Assembly: GCA_032718475.1 (NCBI GenBank)
Contig: JAUCBJ010006806.1
Span: 1-64,000 of the forward strand
Source of the DNA: Nemertoderma westbladi
Lineage: Eukaryota; Animalia; Xenacoelomorpha
Reading direction: 5' to 3'
Length of the DNA: 64,000 bases
Shown here: in pieces, positions 36,501-59,266 of the stretch
Numbering within the stretch: the first letter of the stretch is position 1
How the letters are laid out: every line of letters begins with the position of its first letter
The notes under the pieces: model-generated
Seen by the model: only the letters and a program-made list of their open reading frames with translations
Told to the model about the DNA's origin: nothing
The model's database searches: none
Program-made: the position numbers and the translations under genes

Positions 36501-37547
36501 GGGGCTGATACAGAAACAACAGCTAATAGAGGAAGCGGGTGAATTGGGGGGCTGATACAGAAACATCAGCTAATAGAGGAAGCGGGTGAGTGAGGGGCTG
36601 ATACAGAAACAGCAGCTAATAGAGGAAGCGGGTGAGTGAGGGGCTGATACAGAAACAGCAGCTAATAGAGGAAGCGGGTGAATTGGGGGGCTGATACAGA
36701 AACAGCAGCCAATAGAGGAAGCGGGTGAGTGATGGGCTGATACAGAAACAGCAACTAATAGAGGAAGCGGGTGAGTGAGAGGCTGATACAGAAACAGCAA
36801 CTAATAGAGGTAGCGGGTGAGTGAGGGGCTGATACAGAAAGAGCAGCTGATAGAGGAAGCGGGTGAGTGAGGGGCTGATACAGAAAGAGCAGCTGATAGA
36901 AGAAGCAGGTGAGTGAGGGGCTGATACAGAAACAGCAGCTGATAGAGTAAACGGGTGAGTGAGCGGCTGCGATACAGAAACAGCAGCTAATAGAGGAAGC
37001 GGGTGAGTGAGGGGCTGATACAGAAACAGCAGCTAATAGAGGAAGCGGGTGAGTGAGGGGCTGATACAGAAACAGCAGCTAATAGAGGAAACGGGTGAGT
37101 GAGGGGCTGATACAGAAAGAGCAGCTGATAGAGGAAGCGGGTGAGTGAGGGGCTGATACAGAAAGAGCAGCTGATAGAAGAAGCAGGTGAGTGAGGGGCT
37201 GATACAGAAACAGCAGCTGATAGAGTAAACGGGTGAGTGAGAGGCTGCGATACAGAAACAGCAGCTAATAGAGGAAGCGGGTGAGTGAGGGGCTGATACA
37301 GAAACAGCAGCTAATAGAGGAAGCGGGTGAGTGAGGGGCTGATACAGAAACAGCAGCTAATAGAGGAAACGGGTGAGTGAGGGGCTGATACAGAAACAGC
37401 AGCTAATAGAGGAAGCGGGTGAGTGAGGGGCTGATACAGAAAGAGCAGCTGATATAGGAAGCGGGTGAGTGAGGGGCTGATACAGAAAGAGCAGCTGATA
37501 GAAGAAGCAGGTGAGTGAGGGGCTGATACAGAAACAGCAGCTGATAG

Positions 37548-40500
37548 TGTTAATGATTAGTATATGGCAAAATATAAGTTTGTTTATAATCAAATAACTT
37601 CTATATTAGGCTCCATGCCCAGACTATAAAGTACCGGTATATAATATATGTTATTATGTTATAATATATGTTAATATATTCTACCAACACCAAGTACCGG
37701 TTAAATCTATGTATCAGTTAGTCCGGTAGCCTACTAGGCCTTAGGCCTAATCTAACAATCTCACTTTCTTTCTATTTGTAAAACAAACCACTTTTGATCC
37801 TTCATCGTTGCAAGTATTAAGTTATTTAATATTTGTGTTCCTTGGCAATATTTAACATAGTGTTGTTTAGTTTATCGAAATATATGTTTCCATTCAAAAT
37901 ACCAATAAGTTTAGCAGTCGAAGCGCCTTGTTTAGTTAAACAATCCGCAAGTTGATTGTATGTTGGAACCCAGGTTAATCCATCGACTTCCCCATTATCC
38001 ACCATTTCCTTGAGTACAGCAATCTCGAGTCGAAGTCGTTTCTCAATAACCGGCTTTGAAGAGTCAATAGCATCTACCAATGATTGGTTATCAGTTAGGA
38101 CATATACTGGTGTATGTTTAGTATTTATAATTTCTGATACAGTGCAAGACAAAGCATATGCATCCTCACAGGCTGCAGAACATGCAAGAGCTTCCGCTGC
38201 CAATGTACTCTTCACTTCTCGTCGTATACGATGGCTCTTCCAGCTAATTGGAGCACAATGACCATTCTCACCAACTAGAAATGCAATATAGCCTGCCTGA
38301 GAACCTGAATCGGGAAGATTTCCAAAACTGGCATCAGTATATATGACAATGTATGATTTAGATAACTTAACAATCTCAGGATAACATAAAATACATTCTG
38401 TATTCTTTAATTTTGTTAATGTCTTATTAGCATAATACAAGTCTTTCACAGTTCCTTTCAGGGCAATGCAGGCTAAGTAACAAGATTCAAAGAAGCAATC
38501 AGGTCGAGATTGGCTAACTATCCAGTTGAGTTTCCCACAAAAACTCCGAAGGTCAGCAATTTCCTTCTGTGTTAAAGCACTATCTTTAGGACGCTTAGAA
38601 TCGACTTTCACTCCTTCGGTATTACGTATATAGTCATTTAAGTCAAGTGATATGACATTATTACTTTGCTTTAGATTTAAACCAACATATTTCAACATTG
38701 TATTTTCCTCAGTACTTATAAGGAACTCTTTGCGCAATTTAGTGATTATTTGTTGAACAAATATGTCAGTACCTCCCCATAGGATGTCGTCGACATGACA
38801 GCAGATAATACCTTGAAGAAGTTCTTGATAATGATAAAAAAATAACGCAGGGTCATATTTAGACTTTACCATACCAACAGACTTTAAGGTTTGTTCTAGT
38901 TTTAAGTACCACTGTCTACCAGCCTCACTTAAACCATATACGCATTTATTCAACCTCCAAAGCTTGTTGGTAAGTGCCTCTTTTGGAGGCTTTATAAATA
39001 AATCTCTGTCAACATCAAGCCCTTGCAGGAATGCACTCTTTATATCCATTGTGTTCAACCTCCATTTATTAGATGTAATAATGACAAGGCCAATTCTAAC
39101 AGAGTCCTTACCACATGTTGGGGAATCTGAACGCATTGAATCAAAACACTCATAACCTCTGGCACACAATCTTGCCTTAAGACGTAATATTCCACCTTTA
39201 ATTCGTTCATCAAAATTCCAAGTCGTTGTAATGAAAGGTTGCCCAACATTTTCAATTTCAGTATAGGTGTTCATATCCTTCCATTTTTGCAGTTCTTCAG
39301 ATATAGCCTGTTTTACCCTCACAGGATCAAATGAATCTCTGGCCTGATAAACAATATTGCATGACTTATCTTCATCTTCTGTCCCATGGTCAAAATTCCA
39401 CTGTTGGATGTCGTCCTTGAAGCTTAAACATTTTGAATCACCAGTTATTTAATCTTTTATATTGTAGCAATGCCAATATTTTCCTGAAGCCTTTCCAGCT
39501 CTCCCTATAACTTTTCCAGTTTTCCAGTCAGAACTACCCATTGGCTGATATTTTATATTATCATTTGTCTTAGGCATTTCCAGCTTACCATCCTGGGTAC
39601 TTGGCTTTTCAGTAGTTTGATTATTGGCAGTTGTGATATCGTGTGGAATGGAATTATTGGGTTGTTTCTCCCCATCTGTTTCATCATCTCCATCACTTGG
39701 TATGGCTCGTTTCTGTTTATTATCAACTTCTTTACCCTCACTGTTTACCTTATTGTCATTCTTTGGATCTATGGATCTTTCCTTAACTTCTAGCGGAATC
39801 GATGCCAATGTCATTCGGCAAGGGTGAACTCTATAATAAAGTCCACCATGCTTGACTAGGAATTGTTGACCATCAGATCCAAGAATCCTTGCTGGACCTT
39901 TCCAAGCAGAGGAATTATTCCGTTTATAATAAACATTATCACCATTCAGGAAAATAGTATCACTATAGGACCGTACTTGTTTATTTAATGCTCTACGTAG
40001 TTTTTCTGAACTTTCTTGTTGAATGTAGGCATTACGTGCACTGTGGAGGGCCTTAATATTCGCACATATAAGGTCACTTATACCAAGTCCACTAAGAGCT
40101 GGTGGTTTATTCACCATATTGGAAGGGATTATGGGATTACAGCCAAATACCAAGGAATTAGGGCTATAACTATAAACATTCTGTAAGCTGTTTTTGGCAG
40201 CAACAGCCCAATGTACTGCGATTTCGAGTTTACATGGAGTATCAGCTAGGATTTTCTCCACCATGGTACTAAGTATACCATTATGTCTCTCTACTAAACC
40301 ATTCAACCAAGCACTCTCTGCAGCTGTAGTTTTAATTAATATATTAAATTGTTCACTTAACTCAATTAGCTCATGGTTAATGAACTCTCCTCCATTGTCA
40401 GAAAGGAATTTCTTAGGGGCCCCAAAAATTCGTATCCAATATTCCATTAGTTTTTCAACTACAACTTCTTTCTTTTTGCTTCTAATAACAGCAGCTGATC

Positions 40501-42516
40501 CATAACGTGTAACATGGTCTACCATATGTAAGAAATATACCCCAGGGCGGAATTCCTTCAAATCGAGGCCAACCATTTCATTAAATTGCGTAGCTGTTGG
40601 TAATCCAACCACAGGGCGGGGTGATGGTTTCTTATAAATCCGACATATTTTGCATTCTTTGCTTATTACATCTACAATAGACATTATCTCTGGGTTTTTA
40701 CACTCAGCAGTCTTTATCAAGTTCTTCAATGCATCTGCATGTGGATGAGCAAATTGTCTATGAAGTTTATAGACTGCATTATTCAGATCAGATCCCTCCA
40801 ACTCATCAAGTGGAGCAGCGAATAAACACCGTCTAGTATCGGAATTACTAGGATTCATAGATCTAGAAAGGGTCAAACAATAATGGCCAGTTTTTGTAAC
40901 CATAACCTTTTGTGGTTCTCCGAACATTGTCACAGTATCATTTTTAAAATTGATAACTGCTTTAGCTTTCTTTAGACTGGGCTGTGAGAAAAGTAAAGGG
41001 ATTTCACAATCAACCACATCTGTTACTAGAAAAATTTTTCTTGAACCAATATATATTGGAATTTCTAATTTATATAAAGAAACATTCCGATTTCCATCTC
41101 CAAATTTAAATACAGTTGAGCTCGGAGTTTTTTTAACCAATCTTTGATCAGACCCATTCAGACTGTCTATATAAATCGCAACCCAACTCTTTCCACATAC
41201 TGTTGCCGTACGACCACAATCAATAATGGCACAACCAATGGTTTCTCCAAATAACTCGGTATCAGGATGGATATCTTTATCTGTAAATAGTGTAATTTTA
41301 CAATCCTCCTCTTGTGGAAGTTCTGGACAGTTGGCTGCCCAGTGGTAAATAGAATGGCAAACGGAGCAACCACTGGGTTTTCCATCATAATCCAAAGGAT
41401 TAATTTTACTTGTACTTGTACTTCCTATTCCACCATAATGTCGTCTTAAATTTGCTACTCGACCTGGTTGTTGTCTGGGGAATCGTTGTTTAAAGCTTCG
41501 ATAATAATTACCACTTCGTCTTGGCCCTCTATTGTTATATCCACCACGGAATGGGCCACGGTAGGTATAATAAACATTTTCTTCATGGGGATTTGGTTCA
41601 TTCCACTGATAGCCGTCATTATAGTCTTGATAATATTCTTCCTCGAATATAGGCTCCGTTGTGTGAACAGCTGGAAATGTTGGTTCAACCTTAATATTCA
41701 TAGTATCACTGTTATTTGATTCTCCGGATATTCGGGAGTCACCATGTATACGGGTAATTTGTAACTTCATATCCTTGTAAGTAAACTCATTGACTGACGC
41801 TCGTGCAAGGTGGGAATCTGCTTCCGATAAACTCGCACATTCAAGAAGTTGGTAGGCGAGAAATTCTTCGGGAAAATTCAGGTTATACATTTTACATGTA
41901 TTATAAAGTCGTTCAAACTCTATAAGATAATCAACCATTGACATGTCAGCTGGGCGCCGGAACTTTACAAATGAGTTTATTGCCTGGAAGATCACCAACG
42001 GACGACTTAGTTCGTATAATGAATCGAGTTTTTGGATGACCAAATCAAGCCCTCCAGCAGAATTTAATTGGGCGAGTTCTAGTTCAAAAGCTGCATCTCT
42101 AGCCTTACCACTGAGGCTTAGAGCGAGCGCAGTTCCTTGTTTATCGGCCCTAATATCCGTAAAGTGTTTCCAAGCACTGACTTCCTTCTTCCAAATTTCG
42201 TATGAAACGCCATCTCGTAATTGGGGAGGAGCCTTGTATGAAGAAGTAGATCGATCGGAAGCTGTTGAAGAGGACATCGCCATTTCAACCGCGCTCTGCT
42301 ACCAAATGTTAATGATTAGTATATGGCAAAATATAAGTTTGTTTATAATCAAATAACTTCTATATTAGGCTCCATGCCCAGACTATAAAGTACCGGTATA
42401 TAATATATGTTATTATGTTATAATATATGTTAATATATTCTACCAACACCAAGTACCGGTTAAATCTATGTATCAGTTAGTCCGGTAGCCTACTAGGCCT
42501 TAGGCCTAATCTAACA
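37548..42516 (-). mobile_element. Full-length Ty1/Copia LTR retrotransposon, GalEa-like clade
   Basis: 210-bp TG...CA LTRs (37548-37757 and 42307-42516) identical by eye; 5-bp TSD GATAG; PBS TGGTAGCAGAG (tRNA-iMet) at 42294-42304; PPT next to 37758; order Gag-PR-IN-RT-RH; GalEa-type motifs KLHRQFAH, GRAGKASGKY, DIKSAFLQG, HVDD, KRLRLEIA. Confidence 0.97.
37826..42283 (-). pseudogene. Copia Gag-Pol polyprotein with one in-frame TAA (39449-39451) between integrase and RT
   Basis: ORFs 39449-42283 and 37826-39322 are in the same frame and the spacer is open apart from ...AAA GAT TAA ATA ACT.... Zinc knuckle CSVCHSIYHWAANC, protease IIDCG, integrase D..SDNGGEF..E. Confidence 0.9.
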
Positions 42517-44951
42517 GATAGAGTAAACGGGTGAGTGAGAGGCTGCGATACAGAAACAGCAGCTAATAGAGGAAGCGGGTGAGTGAGGGGCTGATACAGA
42601 AAGAGCAGCTGATAGAGGAAGCGGGTGAGTGAGGGGCTGATACAGAAACAGCAGCTAATAGAGGAAGCGGGTGAGTGAGGGGCTGATACAGAAACAGCAG
42701 CTAATAGAGGAAGCGGGTGAGTGAGGGGCTGATACAGAAACAGCAGCTAATAGAGGAAGCGGGTGAGTGAGGGGCTGATACAGAAAGAGCAGCTGATAGA
42801 AGAAGCGGGTGAGTGAGGGGCTGATACAGAAAGAGCAGCTGATAGAGGAAGCGGGTGAGTGAGGGGCTGATACAGAAAGAGCAGCTGATAGAGGAAGCGG
42901 GTGAGTGAGGCGCAGATACAGAAACAGCAGCTAATAGAGGAAGCGGGTGAGTGAGGGGCTGATACAGAAACAGCAGCTAATAGAGGAAGTGGGTGAGTGA
43001 GGGGCTGATACAGAAACAGCAACTACTAGAGGAAGCGGGTGAGTGAGAGGCTGATACAGAAACAGCAGCTAATAGAGGAAGCGGCTGAGTGAGGGGCTGA
43101 TACAGAAACAGCAGCTAATAGAGGAAGCGGGTGAGTGAGGGGCTGATACAGAAACAGCAGCTAATACAGGAAGCGGGTGAGTGAGGGGCTGATACAGAAA
43201 CAGCAGCTAATACAGGAAGCGGGTGAGTGAGGGGCTGATACAGAAACAGCAGCTAATAAAGGAAGCGGGGTGAGTGAGGCGCAGATACAGAAACAGCAGC
43301 TAATAGAGGAAGCGGGTGAATTGAGGGGCTGATACAGAAACAGCAGCTAATAGAGGAAGCGGGTGAGTGAGGGGCTGATACAGAAGCAGCAGCTAATGGA
43401 TGAAGCGGGTGAGTGAGGGGCTGATACAGAAACAGCAGCTGATAGAGTAAGCGGGTGAGTGGGGGGCTGATACAGAAACAGCAGCTAAAAGAGGAAGCGG
43501 GTGAGTGAGGGGCTGATACAGAAACAGCAGCTAATAGAGGAAGCGGGTGAGTGAGGGGCTGATACAGAAACAGCTGCTAATAGAGGAAGCGGGTGAATTG
43601 AGGGGCTGATACAGAAACAGCAGCTAATAGAGGAAGCGGGTGAGTGAGGGGCTGATACAGAAACAGCAGCTAAAAGAGGAAGCGGGTGAGTGAGGGGCTG
43701 ATACAGAAACAGCAGCTGATAGAGTAAGCGGGTGAGTGGGGGGCTGATACAGAAACAGCAGCTAAAAGAGGAAGCGGGTGAGTGAGGGGCTGATACAGAA
43801 ACAGCAGCTAATAGAGGAAGCGGGTGAGTGAGGCGCAGATACAGAAACAGCAGCTAATAGAGGAAGCGGGTGAATTGAGGGGCTGATACAGAAACAGCAG
43901 CTAATAGAGGAAGCGGGTGAGTGAGGGGCTGATACAGAAACAGCAGCTAATAGAGGAAGCGGGTGAGTGAGGGGCTGATACAGAAAGAGCAGCTAATAGA
44001 GGAAGCGGGTGAGTGAGGGGCTGATACAGAAAGAGCAGCTAATAGAGGAAGCGGGTGAGTGAGGGGCTGATACAGAAACAGCAGCTAATAGAGGAAGCGG
44101 GTGAGTGAGGGGCTGATACAGAAAGAGCAGCTAATAGAGGAAGCGGGTGAGTGAGGGGCTGATACAGAAAGAGCAGCTAATAGAGGAAGCGGGTGAGTGA
44201 GGGGCTGATACAGAAAGAGCAGCTAATAGAGGAAGCGGGTGAGTGAGGGGCTGATACAGAAACAGCAGCTAATAGAGGAAGCGGGTGAGTGAGGGGCTGA
44301 TACAGAAAGAGCAGCTAATAGAGGAAGCGGGTGAGTGAGGGGCTGATACAGAAAGAGCAGCTAATAGAGGAAGCGGGTGAGTGAGGGGCTGATACAGAAA
44401 CAGCAGCTAATAGAGGAAGCGGGTGAGTGAGGGGCTGATACAGAAGCAGCAGCTAATGGATGAAGCGGGTGAGTGAGGGGCTGATACAGAAACAGCAGCT
44501 GATAGAGTAAGCGGGTGAGTGGGGGGCTGATACAGAAACAGCAGCTAAAAGAGGAAGCGGGTGAGTGAGGGGCTGATACAGAAACAGCTGCTAAAAGAGG
44601 AAGCGGGTGAGTGAGGGGCTGATACAGAAACAGCAGCTAATAGAGGAAGCGGGTGAGTGAGAGGCTGATACAGAAACAGCAGCTGATAGAGTAAGCGGGT
44701 GAGTGAGGGGCTGATACAGAAACAGCAGCTAATAGAGGAAGCGGGTGAGTGAGTGGCTGATACAGAAACAGCAGCTAAAAGAGGAAGCGGGTGAGTGAGG
44801 GGCTGATACAGAAACAGCAGCTAATAGAGGAAGCGGGTGAGTGAGGGGCTGATACAGAAACAGCAGCTAATAGATGAAGCGGGTGAGATGGGAATACCAT
44901 TAACTTGGTTTCTGTTCGACCAATGTATATTATTTTATCATATGAAACTGA

Positions 44952-45290
<339 letters not shown>

Positions 45291-45584
45291 TAAGTAAATT
45301 ATTCCATACAATCCATACGATTTCACACCGAAGGAAGTTCCGCTTAAGGAACTTTAGCTGAAGCCGTTCACGATCCGTATCTGAGTAGAATTCCCAGAGC
45401 TCGCACCCATATTCTAATATTGGCTTTATTAGTAAGTTTAATGTAGCTTCAGATCAAATTAGATACTTTGGGAATTTAACACAAAAATAAAACTTCGGAC
45501 TATAAGTACTTTAGCTTAGCATTTTATCCATGACTATAAGTACTTTAGCTTAGCATTTTATCCATAACTTGTTCCGATACTTCG

Positions 45585-45680
45585 CATTCCTTCGAGTGGT
45601 TAGGTAGCATAGAGGTTCCCCGAACAATCTATGTAGTGGAGATTAAGGGTTCGATCCCTGCTGGTTCCATCCGTTTTTTC
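45585..45680 (+). other. Degenerate tRNA-derived sequence (SINE head or tRNA pseudogene)
   Basis: A-box-like cgagtggttagg and B-box ggttcgatccc ~45 nt apart, followed by T6; no clean cloverleaf. Confidence 0.4.
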
Positions 45681-46612
45681 AATTTAATTAATTTAATGCT
45701 GCTGCTAATGATGACAAACAAACACCTCTTGTATGACGTCATTGTTTGATAATAAATTCTTGCCCTCTCTGAAGCGCAGCTTTCTATCATTTAAATGAAA
45801 TAATAAATTATGTAGGAAAAATATCATTTAATTAATACCGGAATCGGGGTATCAAAGGATCAGGATCCATTATTAGTTTTGGAGGAGGCTCCTGAATAAT
45901 TTTACTTTAATTTATTTGCAACATACAGTTAGTGTGTGATGTAACACTTCAGTTATATGAGCTCAGTGTGTATGGTCATGGCTAGGGAAGCGAGCGATTA
46001 CAGTACATTGGAGATGATTCTAATAAATAATGCTGTGGACTTAATAATTCATTCAATTAAAAATATACAATTTAAATGTTGTACCACTCAGTGTCAGGCT
46101 GCAGCTATTAATAGTTGGTTTGTGGCTGGCTGGCTGGGTTTGTGGCTAGAATGTTTGAACGCTAATAAGTCTGTCAATCATGGATAAAATTGAACCAAAC
46201 TTGGTACACACACATGTAGTGTAAGTGTATCAAAACTATAGTTCCTCTGTCTGCCGCTAGGGGGCGAAGTGGCAGAAACGTAAAAGTAGCTGTAATTATA
46301 GAACCAACCATCAGATTCATCTGAAATTATGTAGTAGTAAGGCAAGGTAGTACTCCGGATGAACTTTTAGCTCTGTTGCATCCCTAATGCGGTTACTAAT
46401 TTTTTTCCGGTAACGGATTGTAGTACCAGGTTACTCACCGACCCAGTAACCAGATCCAACAATAAAATACAATCCGTAGGAACTTTTATAGAACGTATAA
46501 AGTTAGATTTTTAAGACTAAAACCGGAAAATTCCGGCGCCGGATATTCGAATTCCGGCGCCGGATATACGAAATCAGTGTATAAATACTGTCGCGCTCTC
46601 GTCACTGGTGTG

Positions 46613-47141
46613 ATCATGATTCTGTAATATGTAGGGCTGGGAGACCTCAAGTGACAAAAATATAACAACAGTTTTAGCTAGCTTTCACCCACAGGGCTTC
46701 TTCAGGCTAGTTGGGTACGTATTTACCGAAAAACTGCACGCACTGACTGAATAACCGGTACCGGTTGCAAGGCTACATTACAAATGTTATAGAGCCAAAT
46801 ATACCTATATTCCTATCGACTGTATAGAGCTAATCATAATGATATGTAACCGAAATAATTATAGTTTTAATGTACTAGCACCAAAATATCCTAAACTACT
46901 GTATAGAGCAAATATAATAAATATAATACGTATATGTCACGAAATAATTTATATTAATGTAAATGTACTAGCACCACGAGTGTGAAATTATAGTAATGTA
47001 TTATTAAATTAAATCATGTAAATAAATAAATGTAATAAATAAATAAATGTAAATTATTGTAATGGGGTTCGTGAAAGCTAAAACTGTTGTTTTATTTTGT
47101 CACTTGAGGTCTCCCAGCCCTACATATTACAGAATCATGAT
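46613..47141. mobile_element. Penelope-like element remnant with ~70-bp inverted ends
   Basis: atcatgattctgtaatatgtagggctgggagacctcaagtgacaaaa...agct is inverted at 47071-47141; the left arm abuts a hammerhead core. Confidence 0.55.
46666..46713 (-). ncRNA. Minimal type I hammerhead ribozyme motif
   Basis: Minus strand: caactagc-CUGAAGA-agccc-ugu-gggu-GAAA-gc-UA-gcua...guug: conserved core, short stem II, palindromic stem III, uagc/gcua stem I. Confidence 0.6.
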
Positions 47142-47234
47142 ATACGAATTCCGGCGCCGGATATACAAATTCCGGCCGTAATAGATTTCCGTACATCCCT
47201 AATCTGTAGCACTTATATTATTATTTTAATTTAA

Positions 47235-47504
<270 letters not shown>

Positions 47505-47519
47505 TAAAAGAAATAAATT

Positions 47520-47835
47520 GAAGGGCTGAGTATAAAAAGGTCCTAATGTCACAAAAGTGTCATTCTGAGATAATCACACTTTTTCGTTTTTTTTTACCTA
47601 CACATTACAGTTGATGTAGAGTTCTGTATTTTTGCATCCAAGTACATAAATGTACTTCAAAATCTTTACTTTCGAAAAAAAAAAAATTTCAAAATTTTCA
47701 AAATTATTTCGCATATCAATCAGGCAGTATTAATTGTACAGGATCTCAAAACCTTATTGGTAAGTTAAGTCTCATAGCACGGTATAACTCTGATTCTAAG
47801 AAAATCTCATATGACCTTTTTATGCTCAGCCCATC
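47520..47835. mobile_element. MITE with AATT TSD (Sola1-like)
   Basis: TIR ga(a/t)gggctgag(t/c)ataaaaaggtc; AATT on both sides. Confidence 0.75.
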
Positions 47836-48014
47836 AATTTATATAATATAAATATGAAAATTTATGTAATAAAATTTAAAAACTATTTAATCTGTAATAT
47901 ATTATTAATGAAATTAATTACTATTATTTAATAAATTAATATATTATTGAAATAACAAATAACATGCAACCCAACATGTGAAATTCCAACTGTATAATTA
48001 AATGTTTATTGTAG

Positions 48015-48184
48015 GTAAAACTCACACAATGGGTGGAGACTTTACTACTAAGGGCCAACAGGATTCTAGTCGCGGGGTTTACATGCTTTCCGCCCAGGAT
48101 CTATTCCGCTACACCAAACAACCGGCCTATCAACGACTCAATGTCAACGTTAACTGTAGTTTCTTTGAGATCTACTCTGGCAAG
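48015..48184 (+). CDS. KIF2A: Kinesin-13 coding exon 8
   Basis: ttgtag|GT completes the P-loop GQTGS-GKTHTMGG...SFFEIYSGK; donor AAG|GTAATT. Confidence 0.97.
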
Positions 48185-48429
48185 GTAATTAATTGTTCAT
48201 TATTGATAATGGGATGCTACGCAGGGAGTGACAGTATGTAATGCTCATTTAACAAATCCCAATTGCTTAGACCCAGCACCACCCTGCATATACGTCTGAT
48301 TATATATTCTTGGTACCTTTGGTACCAACTCATTAGAGTGCGTGATATTTTTCTATGAAAGCCGACAGCCTAAAGGTTTCAAGTTATTTATCGATCACAT
48401 TGTTAATTTAATTGTTCTTTACTATTTAG

Positions 48430-57672
<9,243 letters not shown>

Positions 57673-57918
57673 ATATAGTACTATAGAGTATTATACATTA
57701 TTATAGAGCACTATAGAGTATGGTAAGCAAAAAAATACTTGGCACATGATAGGGTTGTGTGTAATACACATTTTTTGCATTTTACTGTTTCTTTGTTTAC
57801 TTTGGTTACTGTTACTGTATCAACAGAATTTGTAAAATTAACATCCAAAGTTATCGAATTCCGTAACTCACAGAGACACCCCTTTTCAACCTATACAAAA
57901 CACTTACAAACAATAGGT

Positions 57919-59266
57919 GGGTTGTTCTCACAAAAAGTGGCCAAGAATTAGAGAAAAAATGTCAATTTTTTTTTTGTCAAAACTATATAAATATATACAT
58001 ATTTCGAGTGCTCTCGATGGGGCGATTTCGAATACACTAGTGGGCCGTTTTTTTAGTAAAGTCGTAAGGTTTTATTCGTGAAAAACTATGTCCACAATCT
58101 AACATTTTGTCTCGAATGTAACGCTACTTGTTAGCCAATCATTATTCAGGAATTGACATTCAAAATATATACCAGAAATTCAACAATCACTTGTATGTCA
58201 TGTAACGTCACTTTCATTATTAACCGTAAACTAAGGATTTATCGACCAAATGGCTAAAAATAATAGTTTTCAAATCAGCAAATTATTTCGTTTGTATTAT
58301 TGTATACATACAATATGAATATACATATTATTGTAACACTAATTGTACAAAATAGTTAACGGAATCCTTAAAACCATCACTAACGTAATCTCTAAGTCCT
58401 TCACGTGTAACGCCATCACTAACGTAATCTCTAAGTCCTTCACGTGTAACGCCATCACTAACTTAATCTCTAAATCCTTCACGTGTAACGCCATCACTAA
58501 CTTGATCTCTAAGTCCTTCACGTGTAACACCATCACTAACTTAATCTTAAGTCCTTCACGTGTAACTAAGTCCTTCACATGTAACGCCATCACTAACTTA
58601 ATCTATAAGTCCTTCACGTGTAACGCCATCCCATCACTAACTTAAAGTCCTTCACGTGTAACACCATCACTAACTTAATCTTAAGTCCTTCACGTGTAAC
58701 TAAGTCCTTCACGTGTAACGCTATCACTAACTTCAATCGAGAAGTTCATACCAGACACAACACGCCTAATTCCGTTTGACAATTGTAATGGCATGACGTT
58801 GACTTTAATAAGTACTGTTTTAGAACCGAAATAAAGAAAGGTAAAAAATCATGAGCTTTCCCTAGGTAATACAGACTACAGACAGATACAATATTACTAC
58901 AGTACTACAGTAGTTTATACTAAATACTGAAATACAGAAACCATCGACTATTGTTAATTTGACTCTGACTGCCTGATTTGTAAAAATAAATGCCACTCGT
59001 GCTACAAGGTATTTTCAGGCCCAACTACGTTACATGGTGGACATGTCTCAAGTGTAACGCTATTGATTGTTACAGCGTTACATGCGTTACATGATGGACA
59101 TAGAAGACATTTTTCATTAGCATGGCATTGGCTATAGTCTGTTTTGAAACTATATTAAAATCAAATATGTTATTCGATAGATCTGCGATTGCTCTTTCAT
59201 ATGAGCCGTCAATGGTGTCGATATGATTACTAAGGCAAACTTGGCCACTTTTTGTGAGAACGACCC
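57919..59266. mobile_element. Non-autonomous DNA transposon, Sola2-like, related to 16358-20039
   Basis: TIR gggt(t/c)gttctcacaaaaagtggccaag; 4-bp TSD AGGT (57915-57918 and 59267-59270). Confidence 0.85.
58374..58735. repeat. ~39-bp minisatellite inside the Sola-like element
   Basis: Unit aagtccttcacgtgtaacgccatcactaacttaatctct, ~9-10 copies including truncated units. Confidence 0.9.

Larger units (their letters stand above)
21539..44887 (+). repeat. 46-bp tandem array (~400 units) derived from the exon 5 3' end plus splice donor; interrupted by a Copia element
   Basis: Unit tgagg(g/c)gctgatacagaaacagcagctaatagaggaagcgG|GTGAG; first unit is coding sequence. About 348 units in 21539-37547 and about 51 in 42522-44887 (length/46). 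Confidence 0.98.

Noticed and set aside
23897-43022. Repeated 75-123 aa minus-strand ORFs (LFLYQPLTHPLP...)
   Set aside because: By-products of point variants in the 46-bp array; useful only as block-duplication markers.
45585-45680. Functional tRNA gene
   Set aside because: A and B boxes are present but acceptor and anticodon stems cannot be formed convincingly.
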